Assembly (NCBI GenBank): GCA_021202275.1
Contig: JAJQDI010000025.1
Span: 8,112 to 72,111, forward strand
Direction: 5' to 3'
Length of the DNA stretch: 64,000 nucleotides
DNA from: Bacteroides sp.
Lineage (GTDB): Bacteria > Bacteroidota > Bacteroidia > Bacteroidales > Bacteroidaceae
The notes under the pieces are model-generated. The model ran no database searches, was not told the DNA's origin, and saw only the letters and a program-made list of their open reading frames with translations. Within the stretch, counting starts at the first letter, position 1, and every line of letters begins with the position of its first letter. Made by a program: the position numbers and the translations under genes. Of the stretch, positions 10,833 through 21,136 are shown in pieces.

Positions 10833-12401
10833 ATGAAAGCTTTTCTTCTCCTTCCTTTGGGAGCACTTGCACTGTCCTCCTGCGGCAAACAGAAAGAGGA
10901 ACCCCGCCGGCCCAACATCCTGTTTGTGATGACCGACGACCACACTACACAGGCCATTTCCTGTTACGGAAGTAAGCTGGTAGAGACTCCGCACATGGAC
11001 CGGCTGGCAGCCGAAGGGATACGCTTCGACAATTGCTATGCCGTGAACGCGCTGTCCGGCCCCTCACGGGCATGTATCCTGACGGGCAAATTCAGCCACG
11101 TCAACGGATTCCGGGACAACTCCTCGGTATTCGACGGAGACCAACCCACCTTCCCGAAAATGCTCCGGGAAGCAGGCTATGAGACCGCGATAGTAGGCAA
11201 ATGGCACCTGATCTCCGAACCACAGGGATTCGATTTCTGGAGCATCCTCAGCGGTCAGCACGAACAGGGAGATTATTACGACCCCGACTTCCTGGAAAAC
11301 GGCAGTCCGGTGAGAGAGAAGGGGTATGTAACGGACATCGTCACCGACAAAGCGATCCGTTTCCTCGAAGAGCGTGACAAAGAGAAACCGTTCTGCATGA
11401 TGGTACATCACAAAGCTCCGCATCGCAACTGGATGCCTGCGCCCCGCCATCTGGGACTATTTAACAAAACGGTTTTTCCCGAACCGGACAATCTCTTCGA
11501 TACCTACGAAGGACGCAGCAGTGCCGCACGCGAACAGGACATGAGCATCGCACACACGTTGCGGGAAGACTGGGACCTCAAACTGCTCACCCGGGAAGAG
11601 ATGCTCAGGGACACCACCCACCGTTTGTATAAAGTGTACCAACGGATGCCTGCTCCTGTGCAGGACAAATGGGACTCGGTCTATGCCACCCGTATCCGTG
11701 AATACCGGTCGGGCAACCTATCCGGAGACGCGCTGGTCAGCTGGAAATACCAGCAATACCTGCGCGACTATCTGGCCACCGCACAGGCGGTAGATGAGAA
11801 CATCGGTCGCCTGCTGGAATACCTGGAAAAGAGCGGAGAGCTGGACAATACTGTCATTGTCTACACTTCGGACCAGGGATTCTTCCTGGGCGAGCACGGA
11901 TGGTTCGACAAACGGTTTATGTACGAAGAGTGCCAACGGATGCCCTTACTGATCCGGTATCCCAAAACCATACAGCCGGGCAGTACAAGCAACGCCATAG
12001 CCATGAACGTAGATTTTGCACCGACCTTTCTGGATATCGCCGGAGTAGCCATTCCCGAAGAGATACAGGGTCAATCCCTGAAACCTGTTCTGGAACAGGG
12101 CGGAGAAAAACCGGAAGAGTGGCGTGAAACCGCCTATTATCACTATTATGAGTATCCGGCAGAACATTCGGTGAAACGCCACTACGGTATACGTACAGCC
12201 ACCCACAAACTAATCCATTTCTACAACGACATCGACGAATGGGAAATGTATGACCTGAGATCGGATCCCAAAGAAATGAACAACCTATACGACAAACCGG
12301 ATCAGGCGGAAACACAGGCCGCACTGCTCCGACTGCTTCGACAAACACAAGAGATGTACGAGGTGACAATGGACGAGCCAACGGTCGACAAAGTCAATTA
12401 A
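10833..12401 (+). CDS. S1 family Ser-type sulfatase (likely GlcNAc/GlcNS-6-O-sulfatase), lipoprotein signal
   Basis: PNILFVMTDDH, catalytic S-G-P-S-R (ALSGPSRACILTG), GKWHL, SDQG, DKRFMYEE. Substrate inferred from PUL context. Confidence 0.9.
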   Translation: MKAFLLLPLGALALSSCGKQKEEPRRPNILFVMTDDHTTQAISCYGSKLVETPHMDRLAAEGIRFDNCYAVNALSGPSRACILTGKFSHVNGFRDNSSVFDGDQPTFPKMLREAGYETAIVGKWHLISEPQGFDFWSILSGQHEQGDYYDPDFLENGSPVREKGYVTDIVTDKAIRFLEERDKEKPFCMMVHHKAPHRNWMPAPRHLGLFNKTVFPEPDNLFDTYEGRSSAAREQDMSIAHTLREDWDLKLLTREEMLRDTTHRLYKVYQRMPAPVQDKWDSVYATRIREYRSGNLSGDALVSWKYQQYLRDYLATAQAVDENIGRLLEYLEKSGELDNTVIVYTSDQGFFLGEHGWFDKRFMYEECQRMPLLIRYPKTIQPGSTSNAIAMNVDFAPTFLDIAGVAIPEEIQGQSLKPVLEQGGEKPEEWRETAYYHYYEYPAEHSVKRHYGIRTATHKLIHFYNDIDEWEMYDLRSDPKEMNNLYDKPDQAETQAALLRLLRQTQEMYEVTMDEPTVDKVN

Positions 12402-12875
12402 TATTGTAACAACTTATATATTAATATATGATCCAAACAAATGATACATCCATACATCGTGAAACAAGTACGTGTTCCGGATAAATTGTATATATTATAC
12501 TGTCAGGTTGCAGAGATTGGGTATACGATGTATCTATACGTGATCCGTAAGACATTTTTTTCTTATTCCCTCTGCAGAGAAGGGGATTACCTGTAGAGAC
12601 GCACGGCGTGCGTCTCCGCGATGCAAGTCCAACAGAGAAGTGCACGTCCCCTCGGTACAAGTCCAACAGAGAGGTGTGCATCTCCGAAGTATAAGTCCAA
12701 TAAAAAGACAATATACAACCTTCCCATCCGGCATGCTTAGACGCACGGCGTGCGTCTCTACAGGATACCGGAACAGCATCCGGAACAGCATATATACACT
12801 GCATATTACCATAGTTAGCTTAGTGTATAAAATATATTTTTCAATCGTAAATCGTAAATCAGTAAATCGTAAATC
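12378..12875. repeat. Heptamer cassette H4 (eroded left arm, intact right arm) containing a REPIN
   Basis: Right arm TCAATC GTAAATC GTAAATC AGTAAATC GTAAATC at 12841-12875, 3 nt before the ATG. Left remnant CCAACGGTCGACAAAGTCAATTA (12378-12400) matches the arm module at 44973 and 56232. Confidence 0.7.
12590..12764. repeat. REPIN-like doublet of GTAG-type REP palindromes with internal 34-bp units
   Basis: CCTGTAGAGACGCACGGCGTGCGTCTC ... AGACGCACGGCGTGCGTCTCTACAGG, with AAGTCCAA at 12625, 12659 and 12693. Confidence 0.9.
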
Positions 12876-12878
12876 ATT

Positions 12879-14507
12879 ATGGTAGACAGAAGAACTTTTC
12901 TTAAAAATACCGGATGGAGCCTCCTTGGGCTGGCCGCCTCCTCCTCGCTGCTGGGTGCCTGCGTACCCGGTAGCCGTGAAGCCCGCAGGATCCTGCCTTC
13001 CGCCGGCAATCTGAATATGTACTGGGGAGACCTACACAACCATTGCAACCTCACCTACGGACACGGAGACATGCGAAGTGCTTTCGAAGCTGCCCGGCAA
13101 CAACTGGACTTTGTCTCTGTAACTCCACATGCGCTGTGGCCCGACATCCCGGGGGCCAACGATCCCCACCTGAAATGGGTGATCGACTATCATACCGGAG
13201 CCTTTCTCAAGCTACGCCAGGGAGGATGGGAACAGTATGTAGCCATGACCAACGCATACAACCGGGAAGGAGAATTCCTCACATTCCTGGGCTACGAATG
13301 CCACAGCATGGAACATGGCGATCATGTGGCACTCCACTACGACCTGGACGCTCCGTTGCTGGAATGCGAGTCTGTTCCGCACCTCAAAGAGCAGCTGAAA
13401 GGCAGGAAAGCATTTGTTACCCCGCACCACATGGGATATATCGGTGGTTACCGGGGCTACAACTGGTCATGCTTCGAACCCACACAAACTCCCTTTGTAG
13501 AGATGTATTCCCGTCACGGACTGGCCGAAAGCGACCAGGGCGACTACAACTACCTGCACGACATGGGTCCCCGCCAATGGGAAGGTACCATACAATACGG
13601 ACTCGACCAGGGACACAAATTCGGAATCATGGGATCTACCGACCAGCATGCCGGCTATCCGGGCAGCTACGGCGACGGACGGATCGGACTGCTGGCTCCC
13701 TCCCTCAGCCGGGATGCGATATGGAATGCTATGGCCAACAGACAGATGTGCTGCGTCACAGGCGATAAAATCCGGATAGACTTCCGCATTAACGACGCGT
13801 ACATGGGAGATACCATCCGGGGCAACAGTCGCCGCATCTATGTGAACGTAGAAGGAGAAAGCTGCATCGACTACGTAGATATCGTGAAGAACGGCCAGAC
13901 CGTAGCCCGTCTGAGTGGTCCGCTCACTCCCGTGGCTCCACGGGAAGAGAATATACGTTGCAAAGTGAAAGTGGAATTCGGATGGAACCGGGAAGAGAAG
14001 TATGTACACTGGCAGGGAGATCTCTCCATAGACCAAGGTGTGATACATTCCGTAACCCCGTGCTTCCGGGGAGCCGCCTACACTTCTCCGCAAGAAAATG
14101 AAACCCAGTTCGAAACAAAAGTCAACCGGATCCTCTCGGTCAAGGACCAGAAAGCAGAGCTGGATATGTACAGCAGTAAAAATCCCAATACCCTCACTCC
14201 TGCCATGCAGGCAGTGATTCTGGATGTTACCATGCCCCGCGACGGAAACATCAGAGCCGACTTCAATGGCAGGGAATTCACCCATACACTGAGCGAACTA
14301 CTGCAAGGCTCCTGTTCCCATTTCATGAACGGCTGGCTCAGTGAAGCGATCCTGTTCAACCGGGCCATGCCCGAAAGTTGTTTCACCATAGAACACTATA
14401 TGGAGGATACCCAACCGCAGAAAGAGACCGACTATTATTACGTACGGGTGCGTCAGCGCAACGAACAATGGGGTTGGAGCAGCCCGATCTGGGTAGAGAA
14501 GAATTGA
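12879..14507 (+). CDS. Tat-exported PHP-fold/DUF3604-like metallohydrolase, candidate heparan N-sulfamidase
   Basis: Twin-arginine signal MVDRRTFLK. Metal motifs WGDLHNH, TPHH and GSTDQH. Lies between sulfatase and ROK, as the sulfamidase does in the B. thetaiotaomicron heparin PUL (recalled, not searched). Confidence 0.7.
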   Translation: MVDRRTFLKNTGWSLLGLAASSSLLGACVPGSREARRILPSAGNLNMYWGDLHNHCNLTYGHGDMRSAFEAARQQLDFVSVTPHALWPDIPGANDPHLKWVIDYHTGAFLKLRQGGWEQYVAMTNAYNREGEFLTFLGYECHSMEHGDHVALHYDLDAPLLECESVPHLKEQLKGRKAFVTPHHMGYIGGYRGYNWSCFEPTQTPFVEMYSRHGLAESDQGDYNYLHDMGPRQWEGTIQYGLDQGHKFGIMGSTDQHAGYPGSYGDGRIGLLAPSLSRDAIWNAMANRQMCCVTGDKIRIDFRINDAYMGDTIRGNSRRIYVNVEGESCIDYVDIVKNGQTVARLSGPLTPVAPREENIRCKVKVEFGWNREEKYVHWQGDLSIDQGVIHSVTPCFRGAAYTSPQENETQFETKVNRILSVKDQKAELDMYSSKNPNTLTPAMQAVILDVTMPRDGNIRADFNGREFTHTLSELLQGSCSHFMNGWLSEAILFNRAMPESCFTIEHYMEDTQPQKETDYYYVRVRQRNEQWGWSSPIWVEKN

Positions 14508-14550
14508 TCCCCCCTGTAGAGACGCACGCCGTGCGTCTCTACAGGGGGAT
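14507..14550. repeat. Single REP hairpin
   Basis: ATCCCCCCTGTAGAGACGCACGCCGTGCGTCTCTACAGGGGGAT, a near-perfect palindrome starting at the stop codon. Confidence 0.9.
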
Positions 14551-14578
14551 GATCACATAAATCATAACTAACAAACGT

Positions 14579-15598
14579 ATGCACGAACAAGATCTGATAA
14601 ACAAGAAAACCTACGCCATCGGACTGGATCTGGGCGGTACTTTTGTCAAATACGCGTTGGTCGATTCCTCAGGCAATTGCCTGACACATGGCAAACTCCC
14701 TTCCCTGGCTCATGTGTCCGCCGAGGCCGTAACCGATCAAGTGGTGAAAGCAGCTTCCCAATCACTGGAATTTGCCCGGGAAAATGGGATTCCCGTACAA
14801 GGTATCGGCATAGGTACACCCGGCATTGTAGATGAGACACAACGCATTGTAGTGGGCGCGGCAGAGAATATCCGGGAATGGGAGAACATTCCGCTGGCCG
14901 ACAGGGTAGAAGAAGAAGTATCACTCCCTACACTTATCGGCAACGATGCCAACCTCATGGGATTGGCAGAAACACGTTTCGGCGCGGCCCGCGGATACAG
15001 CCATGTAGTATTCCTGACCATTGGCACCGGTATTGGCGGAGCGGTAGTGATCGGTCACCAACTCTTCAACGGGTTTGCCAACCGCGGTACCGAACTGGGA
15101 CATATCCCCCTGATAGCCGACGGTGAGCCGTGCGCCTGCGGTTCTGTCGGATATCTGGAAACCTATGCCTCCGCCACAGCACTTGTACGTCACTACCAGA
15201 CCACCCTTGAACAAACCACCGGAAAGACGGCGTCAGAGACCGCAGCCATAGATGGAGAAGAGATCGTCAGCCGATACCTGCAAGGGGAAACCCTGGCTGT
15301 ACAGTGCATGGAAAGACATTTCTCCCTGCTGGGAAGAGGCATAGCCGGACTGATCAATATATTCAGCCCGCAACGTATCGTGATCGGGGGCGGACTGGCA
15401 GAAGCCGGACCCTTTTACATCCGGCAGATAGCACAGGTTGCCCGCCAACATGCCATGCCCGATTGCCTCCTGAATACCTCCTTTGCAGCCGCCACACTGG
15501 GCAACCGGGCCGGATGCATCGGAGCAGCGTCTCTCATCCTCCGGACCTGCCTGACACAAACAGAAACATACAAACCGGAAACCATCGAAACACAGTAG
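14579..15598 (+). CDS. ROK family sugar kinase
   Basis: IGLDLGGT, GIGTPG, IGNDAN, TIGTGIGG, ELGH...CACG...LE zinc motif. Confidence 0.92.
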   Translation: MHEQDLINKKTYAIGLDLGGTFVKYALVDSSGNCLTHGKLPSLAHVSAEAVTDQVVKAASQSLEFARENGIPVQGIGIGTPGIVDETQRIVVGAAENIREWENIPLADRVEEEVSLPTLIGNDANLMGLAETRFGAARGYSHVVFLTIGTGIGGAVVIGHQLFNGFANRGTELGHIPLIADGEPCACGSVGYLETYASATALVRHYQTTLEQTTGKTASETAAIDGEEIVSRYLQGETLAVQCMERHFSLLGRGIAGLINIFSPQRIVIGGGLAEAGPFYIRQIAQVARQHAMPDCLLNTSFAAATLGNRAGCIGAASLILRTCLTQTETYKPETIETQ

Positions 15599-15619
15599 AA
15601 CCATAAATCATCCATAACC

Positions 15620-18244
15620 ATGAGACAACCTGTATGGAAACGAATATCCCTCTTCGGGGTACTGCTTCTGTTGCTCCCTTCTGTATGGGCACAGAAAAGC
15701 GTATTCACGCTGACACAACCGACCCTGATGCATGAAGTGCGGGCTACCCCCTACCCGTCCGACGGTGTCCCTGCTCCCGTCAATCCTCCCCGCCTGCTCT
15801 GGCCCGATACATTCCCCCACCTCGGACCTGTATTAGACGGCGAAGAAGAATCCGGACACAAACCCGCCGTCACCTATCGTCTCCGCCTGTCACAAGACCC
15901 GGAATTTGTCCGCGATGTGATCACGGCCGAACGGGCATGGGCCTTTTTCAATCCGTTCCGCCTATTGGAAAATGGCACCTGGTACTGGCAACACGCTTAT
16001 GTAGATCCGCAAGGAAAGGAAGAATGGTCTCCCCGCTACAGTTTCACCATCAGCGACGAAACCCCGATCTTCAATCCACCCTCGTGGGCAGAGGTACGCA
16101 ACCGCGTTCCGACACATCATCCCCGTATCCTGCTCGACAGAGACGACTGGGAAGAGATCATCCGGCGCAACGCCGACAACCCCGAAGCCAGAGGATATAT
16201 AGAGAAAGCGGAGAAAGGTCTCCGGCAGCCTCTCCTCCACCTGAGTCAGGAGATAGATACCACACAAGTAGTACTACTCACCAACCAGGTACAATACAAA
16301 GCAGCCCTGATCCGGGAAAGTCGTAAGATCGTAGACCGGGAAGAGGCACGTATCGAAGCACTGGTACGTGCCTGGTTGCTCACCCGCTAACCAGAGTATT
16401 ACCGGCACGCCATGAAACGCCTGACCGAGGTGCTTTCCTGGCGCGACAGCAAATACTTCGCCGGAGACTTCAATCTCTCCACCCTGTTGTCGATGAGTAC
16501 CTCCGCCTACGACGCGTTTCACGACATCCTTACCCCAGAAGAGCGTAACCTTCTGCTGGGAACACTGAAAGACCTGGGCAAACTCTTCTTCCACGAATAC
16601 GTCAACCACCTCGAGAACCGCATTGCCGACAACCACGTATGGCAGATGACCTACCGCATTCTGGCCATGTCTGCCTTCGCGACCCTGGGCGAACTGCCCG
16701 AAGCGGAGGTATGGGCAGACTATTGCTACAATCTGTGGGTAGCCCGGTTCCCGGGCCTCAACAAAGACGGAGCCTGGCACAATGGAGATTCCTATTTCCA
16801 GGTCAACTACCGCACCCTGATAGAAGTGCCTGCCTTCTATTCCCGCGTCAGCGGATTCCACTTTTTCGACGACCCCTGGTACAAACGAAATATACACTAT
16901 GTGATCTATCACCAACCCCCCTTCTCGAAATCGGCCGGGCACGGCAACTCCCACGAAACCCGCAAGACACCCACCGGAGCCCGTGTAGGATATGCCGACG
17001 CGCTGGCCAGGGAATGCAACGACCCGTGGGCAGCCGCTTATGTACGGTATATCCTGCAACGCGACCCTCAGATCCTGAACAGCGCGTTCGAAGCCAAGCC
17101 GGCAGACCTGACCTGGTATCGCTGCACCACACGCAAGCAGCTTCCGGAGGCTACCCGTACGCTGAACGAACTGCCCGGTGGAAAGGTCTTCCCCTGGACC
17201 GGAGTAGCTACCCTGCACACCCACCTGGGAGACCCGCAGCGCAATGCCATGCTCTCTTTCCGGTCGAGTCCCTACGGCTCTACCTCCCACGCGTTGTCCA
17301 ACCAGAACGCCTTCAATACATTCTACGGGGGTCAGGAGATCTTCTACGGCAGTGGTCACCGTACCGGATTCACCGACAACCATTCGATGTATAGCTACCG
17401 CAATACCCGGGCACACAATACCCTATTGGCCGATGGTAAGGTACAGAAGATCGGTACCGAAGGGTATGGCTGGATCCCCCGCCACTACGAAGGGGAAACC
17501 ATCTCTTACCTCGTAGGGGACGCTTCCAACGCCTATGGAGAGGTGACCTCACCGCTCTGGCTTCACCGGGCACGTCTTTCCGGCACACAGTTCACTCCGG
17601 AAAACGGATGGGACAAAAACAAAGTAAGCCGCTTCCGCCGCCACGTGGTCCGGCTGGGAAATACCGGACTGTTTGTGATCTACGACGAACTGGAAGGCCT
17701 ATCACCCGTACGGTGGGGCTATCAACTCCATACCACTTTGCATCCGATGGAGGTAGATCAGCAGCCAGACCGGATATGTGTCACCGGGCGGAACAACCGC
17801 AACGGAGTCTCTGTAGCTCATATTTTCTCTCCGGTAGCTATGCACACCGAACAGACAGATACCTTCTTCTCTCCACCGGACAACTGGAAGAATGTGACAG
17901 ACAACACGGGACGTACCGTGCGTTATCCCAACCACTGGCACTTTACAGCCACTACGCAGCCTGTGCAATCGTCCCACTTCCTGACGATCATCGATACACA
18001 CGGAACAGACAGGGAAGACGCAGTGATCCGTCGGGAAAACAACCGCATCTATGTAGAAGACTGGTTGATCGAATGTGACCTGACCACCGGAACACCTGGC
18101 TTCCGTGTCAGCAACGAACCGAAAAAAACAGACCTGGAATACGATCCGGAAAAGAACGAAGGCCGCACCTGTATCACCGAGAGTAGCAACGGGGAAGTTC
18201 AGTATGTCGAGCTGGAAGATGTATTCCCCGAGCTAGTGATCTGA
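15620..18244 (+). pseudogene. DUF4962/heparinase II-III (PL15-like) lyase interrupted by one in-frame TAA at 16388-16390
   Basis: ORFs 15620-16390 and 16412-18244 are in the same frame: ...LLTR-TAA-PEYYRHAMKRL... Signal peptide on the first part. DNHVWQM, WHNGDSYF, HALSNQNAF and HNTLL motifs in the second. Confidence 0.8.
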
Positions 18245-18301
18245 CGTTCACACCCGGAAGTCTTCCTTTTCCAACCAGACAAACAAGGCAGTTCCCACTT
18301 T

Positions 18302-18347
18302 CAGTTCCCTCTCTTCCGGACCACAACCGTTCGGGAAGAGGGAGCTG
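18302..18347 (+). terminator. Stem-loop after the PUL, probable terminator
   Basis: CAGTTCCCTCTCTTCCGGA...CGGGAAGAGGGAGCTG hairpin about 60 nt after the last PUL gene; weak U tail. Confidence 0.45.
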
Positions 18348-18407
18348 CCGGTTTATATCCTGGGCCTTATATCTAAAAATATCTGCCAGGAAGAGAAGAA
18401 CGAGATC

Positions 18408-19296
18408 ATACTATAAGTAAAAAGTGGTTTTATCTTTCACCATCTCTCACTTTTTCAACTATCCCACAGATTATCAAAGGAATAATCAAGTGAGAGATAA
18501 AAATTACATACAATTTATCTCTCACTTTTGGGTTGATCTCTCACCATTACACATAAAACAGTAATTAGTAGACAATTACCACATAGGCACACCATCCTGA
18601 ACGCTTCCAGGCGCGATCAGACCTTCGCAGATGAAACGGTGTAACCTGCAAAATTCCATAGTTATCCATTTCTTCCCCGGAGAAGAATACTCCATACAGC
18701 CTGACTGATAGAAGGATGTGTGTCCGGACAAGCCATACACCCCTCTCCGAAGCAAAATGTTCATACCAGGGTATCCGGTCGCAAACTCACAGGAAACTGA
18801 CTGACCGGACTGTGGAGGCTGATTGGTCCCACGGGCTGGGACTTTATGTCCCACGGCGGGAAACGATTCGTTTCAGCCCGTGAAACCAATCGTCCCACGG
18901 GCTGGGACCACTCACATACCATAGGTACAACATTCCATCACACGGGAATGTCAGGCACTTCTCTGGGAGAAAACACAGGAAAGCTACCTGTTGTACCCCA
19001 TCTCAAAGATAACACAATACGATCTATGTACATAGACCCCTACAAAAAATAATTATTCGGGTACTTTCCCCCCCAAAAAAGAAATACCAGCCTCTGCACA
19101 GGAACTTGTGAAATAGCTTGTTCACAGGAAAAGACATCTACCCACCCCGATCCCTAAGAGTGAGAGATAAACCAAAAAGTGAGAGATAAATTGTACGTAA
19201 GTTTTATCTCTCACTTTTATATCCCACTCACTATCTGACATATACCATCAAAAGTGAGAGATAGTGAGAGATAAAACCGCTTTTTACTTATAGTAT
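18408..19296. mobile_element. Non-coding element bounded by 137-bp imperfect inverted repeats rich in ATCTCTCAC/GTGAGAGAT
   Basis: 18408-18544 versus reverse complement of 19160-19296: outer 47 bp have 3 mismatches, inner 56 bp have 4, middle about 34 bp diverged. No transposase inside. Confidence 0.7.
18826..18908. repeat. 22-bp-period array of quasi-palindromic units
   Basis: GTCCCACGGGCTGGGAC (18826), GTCCCACGGCGGGAAAC (18848), GTTTCAGCCCGTGAAAC (18870, inverted type), GTCCCACGGGCTGGGAC (18892). Confidence 0.85.
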
Positions 19297-19637
19297 AGCT
19301 GCAACACCTCCTATGATTGCAACATGGGATCACAGTCATCCTCTTCATCAAAAAAGATCGCAGGTACCCTTAGTATTCCCTGCGATCTTTACAAACGAAT
19401 AACCAGATGTTTATTTCTATTCTATACAAAAAGTCCGGGCATCTCCGTGATCCTTATGGCAACCGCACGATATATAGGTCTGAATATGTATACCAATTTC
19501 TCACAAAAAGTAACCGATAATCCTATTTTTTCACAACAAATACTCTACATGATTCCGAACATAAAAAAGAGAGAGACCTTACCTCTGTAAGATCTCTCCT
19601 ATTTCTACGTTTACCATCGGTCCGCAAATATCCGGTA

Positions 19638-20957
19638 CTATTTCGCATGACTCAAACACTCCACTGCTTTTTCCATCACCGGATCTTTTCCGTTGAGATA
19701 ATCCACAGCATTCTCCCTGACCTCTATATCGGGGACAATACCGACACCCACAAAAACCGTCCCGTCCGGTGCCAGATCAGCCTTGCTACATATACCAGCA
19801 TCTATCACGCCCGGAATCAGCGGAACAATTACCGGATTACCGGTACTGCCTGCGGTAGGAAGCCCAATGATCTGTCCCCGTTCCATCCCACGGAAATTGG
19901 CGCAAAAATCTTCTGCACTGGAATACGTTGCTCCATTGACCAGAACCACTACAGGCCTGGTATAGATCGGTTTATCTACCGGTTGCAGGATTTCACCTTC
20001 TTGTTGATATCTCTTCTGTTCTCTATTCCAGGAAGCAAATGCCGGCACATACATCGGACTGCTCCAGTTTCCTTTCCGCACAGGAACCTCTGTAAGGTGG
20101 CGTAGAATATGATCGCTATACCCGGAATTCCCTCCGCCATTGTTACGCAAATCGATCACCAGCGCATCCGTCTGAAGGATATCCTTGTACAAAGCATCAA
20201 ATTCCCGATCCATACCGCTACTTCCAAATGTAGAAATACGAAGCACACCTATATTATCTTCGGTTGTATAATACGTATAAGGAGCCCGACGCAGATCCCA
20301 CCGGGTTCCGATCCTGTGGATATCTACAGAAAATACGTTACCCTCCGGATCCCGGAGTTCCAGCTGCAACGGACGATCCGAACGATCTTTGGTGAACTCA
20401 AAATACTCATACGTACGACTGATGCGGTTCTGAGGAGTAGAGGCGGAAACGTATGGCATGCGGCAAACCCGGCCATACTCCAGGGCAGGCATTCCATTGA
20501 CACGAAGGATCTCCGTCTTTCGTGTTATCCCCTGCTCCATCAGGTGGGAACTATATATTTCATCTACAAACACCCGGTCGTCCAGAAAACGGGTCTGAAA
20601 AGGAGCCGGACGCACCCACTCGTCCTCGGTGAGCAGATGAGGCTCATGCACCTCTGTATGTCCATCTCCCAGGAATGTACAAAGACGTTGCATTTCCAGA
20701 TAATACTCCCAGGGAGTTTCTGTAGCAAGCACAGCAGGCAGGAAAGAGTAGCACAGACTGTCCCAGTCAAACGTCAGTTCCTCGTAAAAAGTAAAATTGT
20801 ACTTTACTTCTGCGCAGAAACGGGACAAACCGAATACTTTGGCGGCATCGTCCCAGACAAAAGGGTCAGAAGGTTGCTGTGCAGAAACAGGAAGTCTCAA
20901 AAGAAGGGTACAAAGCACACCTACCATAGTCAGGTTAGAAAATAAATTCTTTTTCAT
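19638..20957 (-). CDS. S41 family (tail-specific/C-terminal processing-like) peptidase, secreted
   Basis: Signal peptide. LVIDLRNNGGG, TYSSAED and GVGIVPDI motifs. Confidence 0.88.
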   Translation of the reverse strand: MKKNLFSNLTMVGVLCTLLLRLPVSAQQPSDPFVWDDAAKVFGLSRFCAEVKYNFTFYEELTFDWDSLCYSFLPAVLATETPWEYYLEMQRLCTFLGDGHTEVHEPHLLTEDEWVRPAPFQTRFLDDRVFVDEIYSSHLMEQGITRKTEILRVNGMPALEYGRVCRMPYVSASTPQNRISRTYEYFEFTKDRSDRPLQLELRDPEGNVFSVDIHRIGTRWDLRRAPYTYYTTEDNIGVLRISTFGSSGMDREFDALYKDILQTDALVIDLRNNGGGNSGYSDHILRHLTEVPVRKGNWSSPMYVPAFASWNREQKRYQQEGEILQPVDKPIYTRPVVVLVNGATYSSAEDFCANFRGMERGQIIGLPTAGSTGNPVIVPLIPGVIDAGICSKADLAPDGTVFVGVGIVPDIEVRENAVDYLNGKDPVMEKAVECLSHAK

Positions 20958-21136
20958 ATGATCAAGGTTTAAAAGTGATTTTGTCGCGTAGATCCTGCAA
21001 CGGCTGTTACATGGTCTGTAACAAAGATACGCATATCAGCGGAACATACAAGTGTATACGCACAAAAAACGGATACGAAAAGAACATGTTGTTTTTCATA
21101 TCCGACTGATCCACAGGACCCGGGTATATATACGAT

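Noticed and set aside
12625-12700. Possible mini-CRISPR (34-bp period)
   Set aside because: Only about 8-15 bp are conserved per unit, there are three units, they lie inside a REP doublet, and no cas genes are present.
16388-16390. Stop-codon reassignment or programmed readthrough
   Set aside because: TAA terminates most genes in the window normally, and this is the only intact-looking gene interrupted by it.
18826-18908. Possible CRISPR array
   Set aside because: 22-bp period with 5-bp linkers; there are no spacers.
18576-19052. Small ORFs inside the large IR element (92 aa -, 68 aa +)
   Set aside because: They partly translate the 22-bp repeats and show no recognisable domain or transposase motif.
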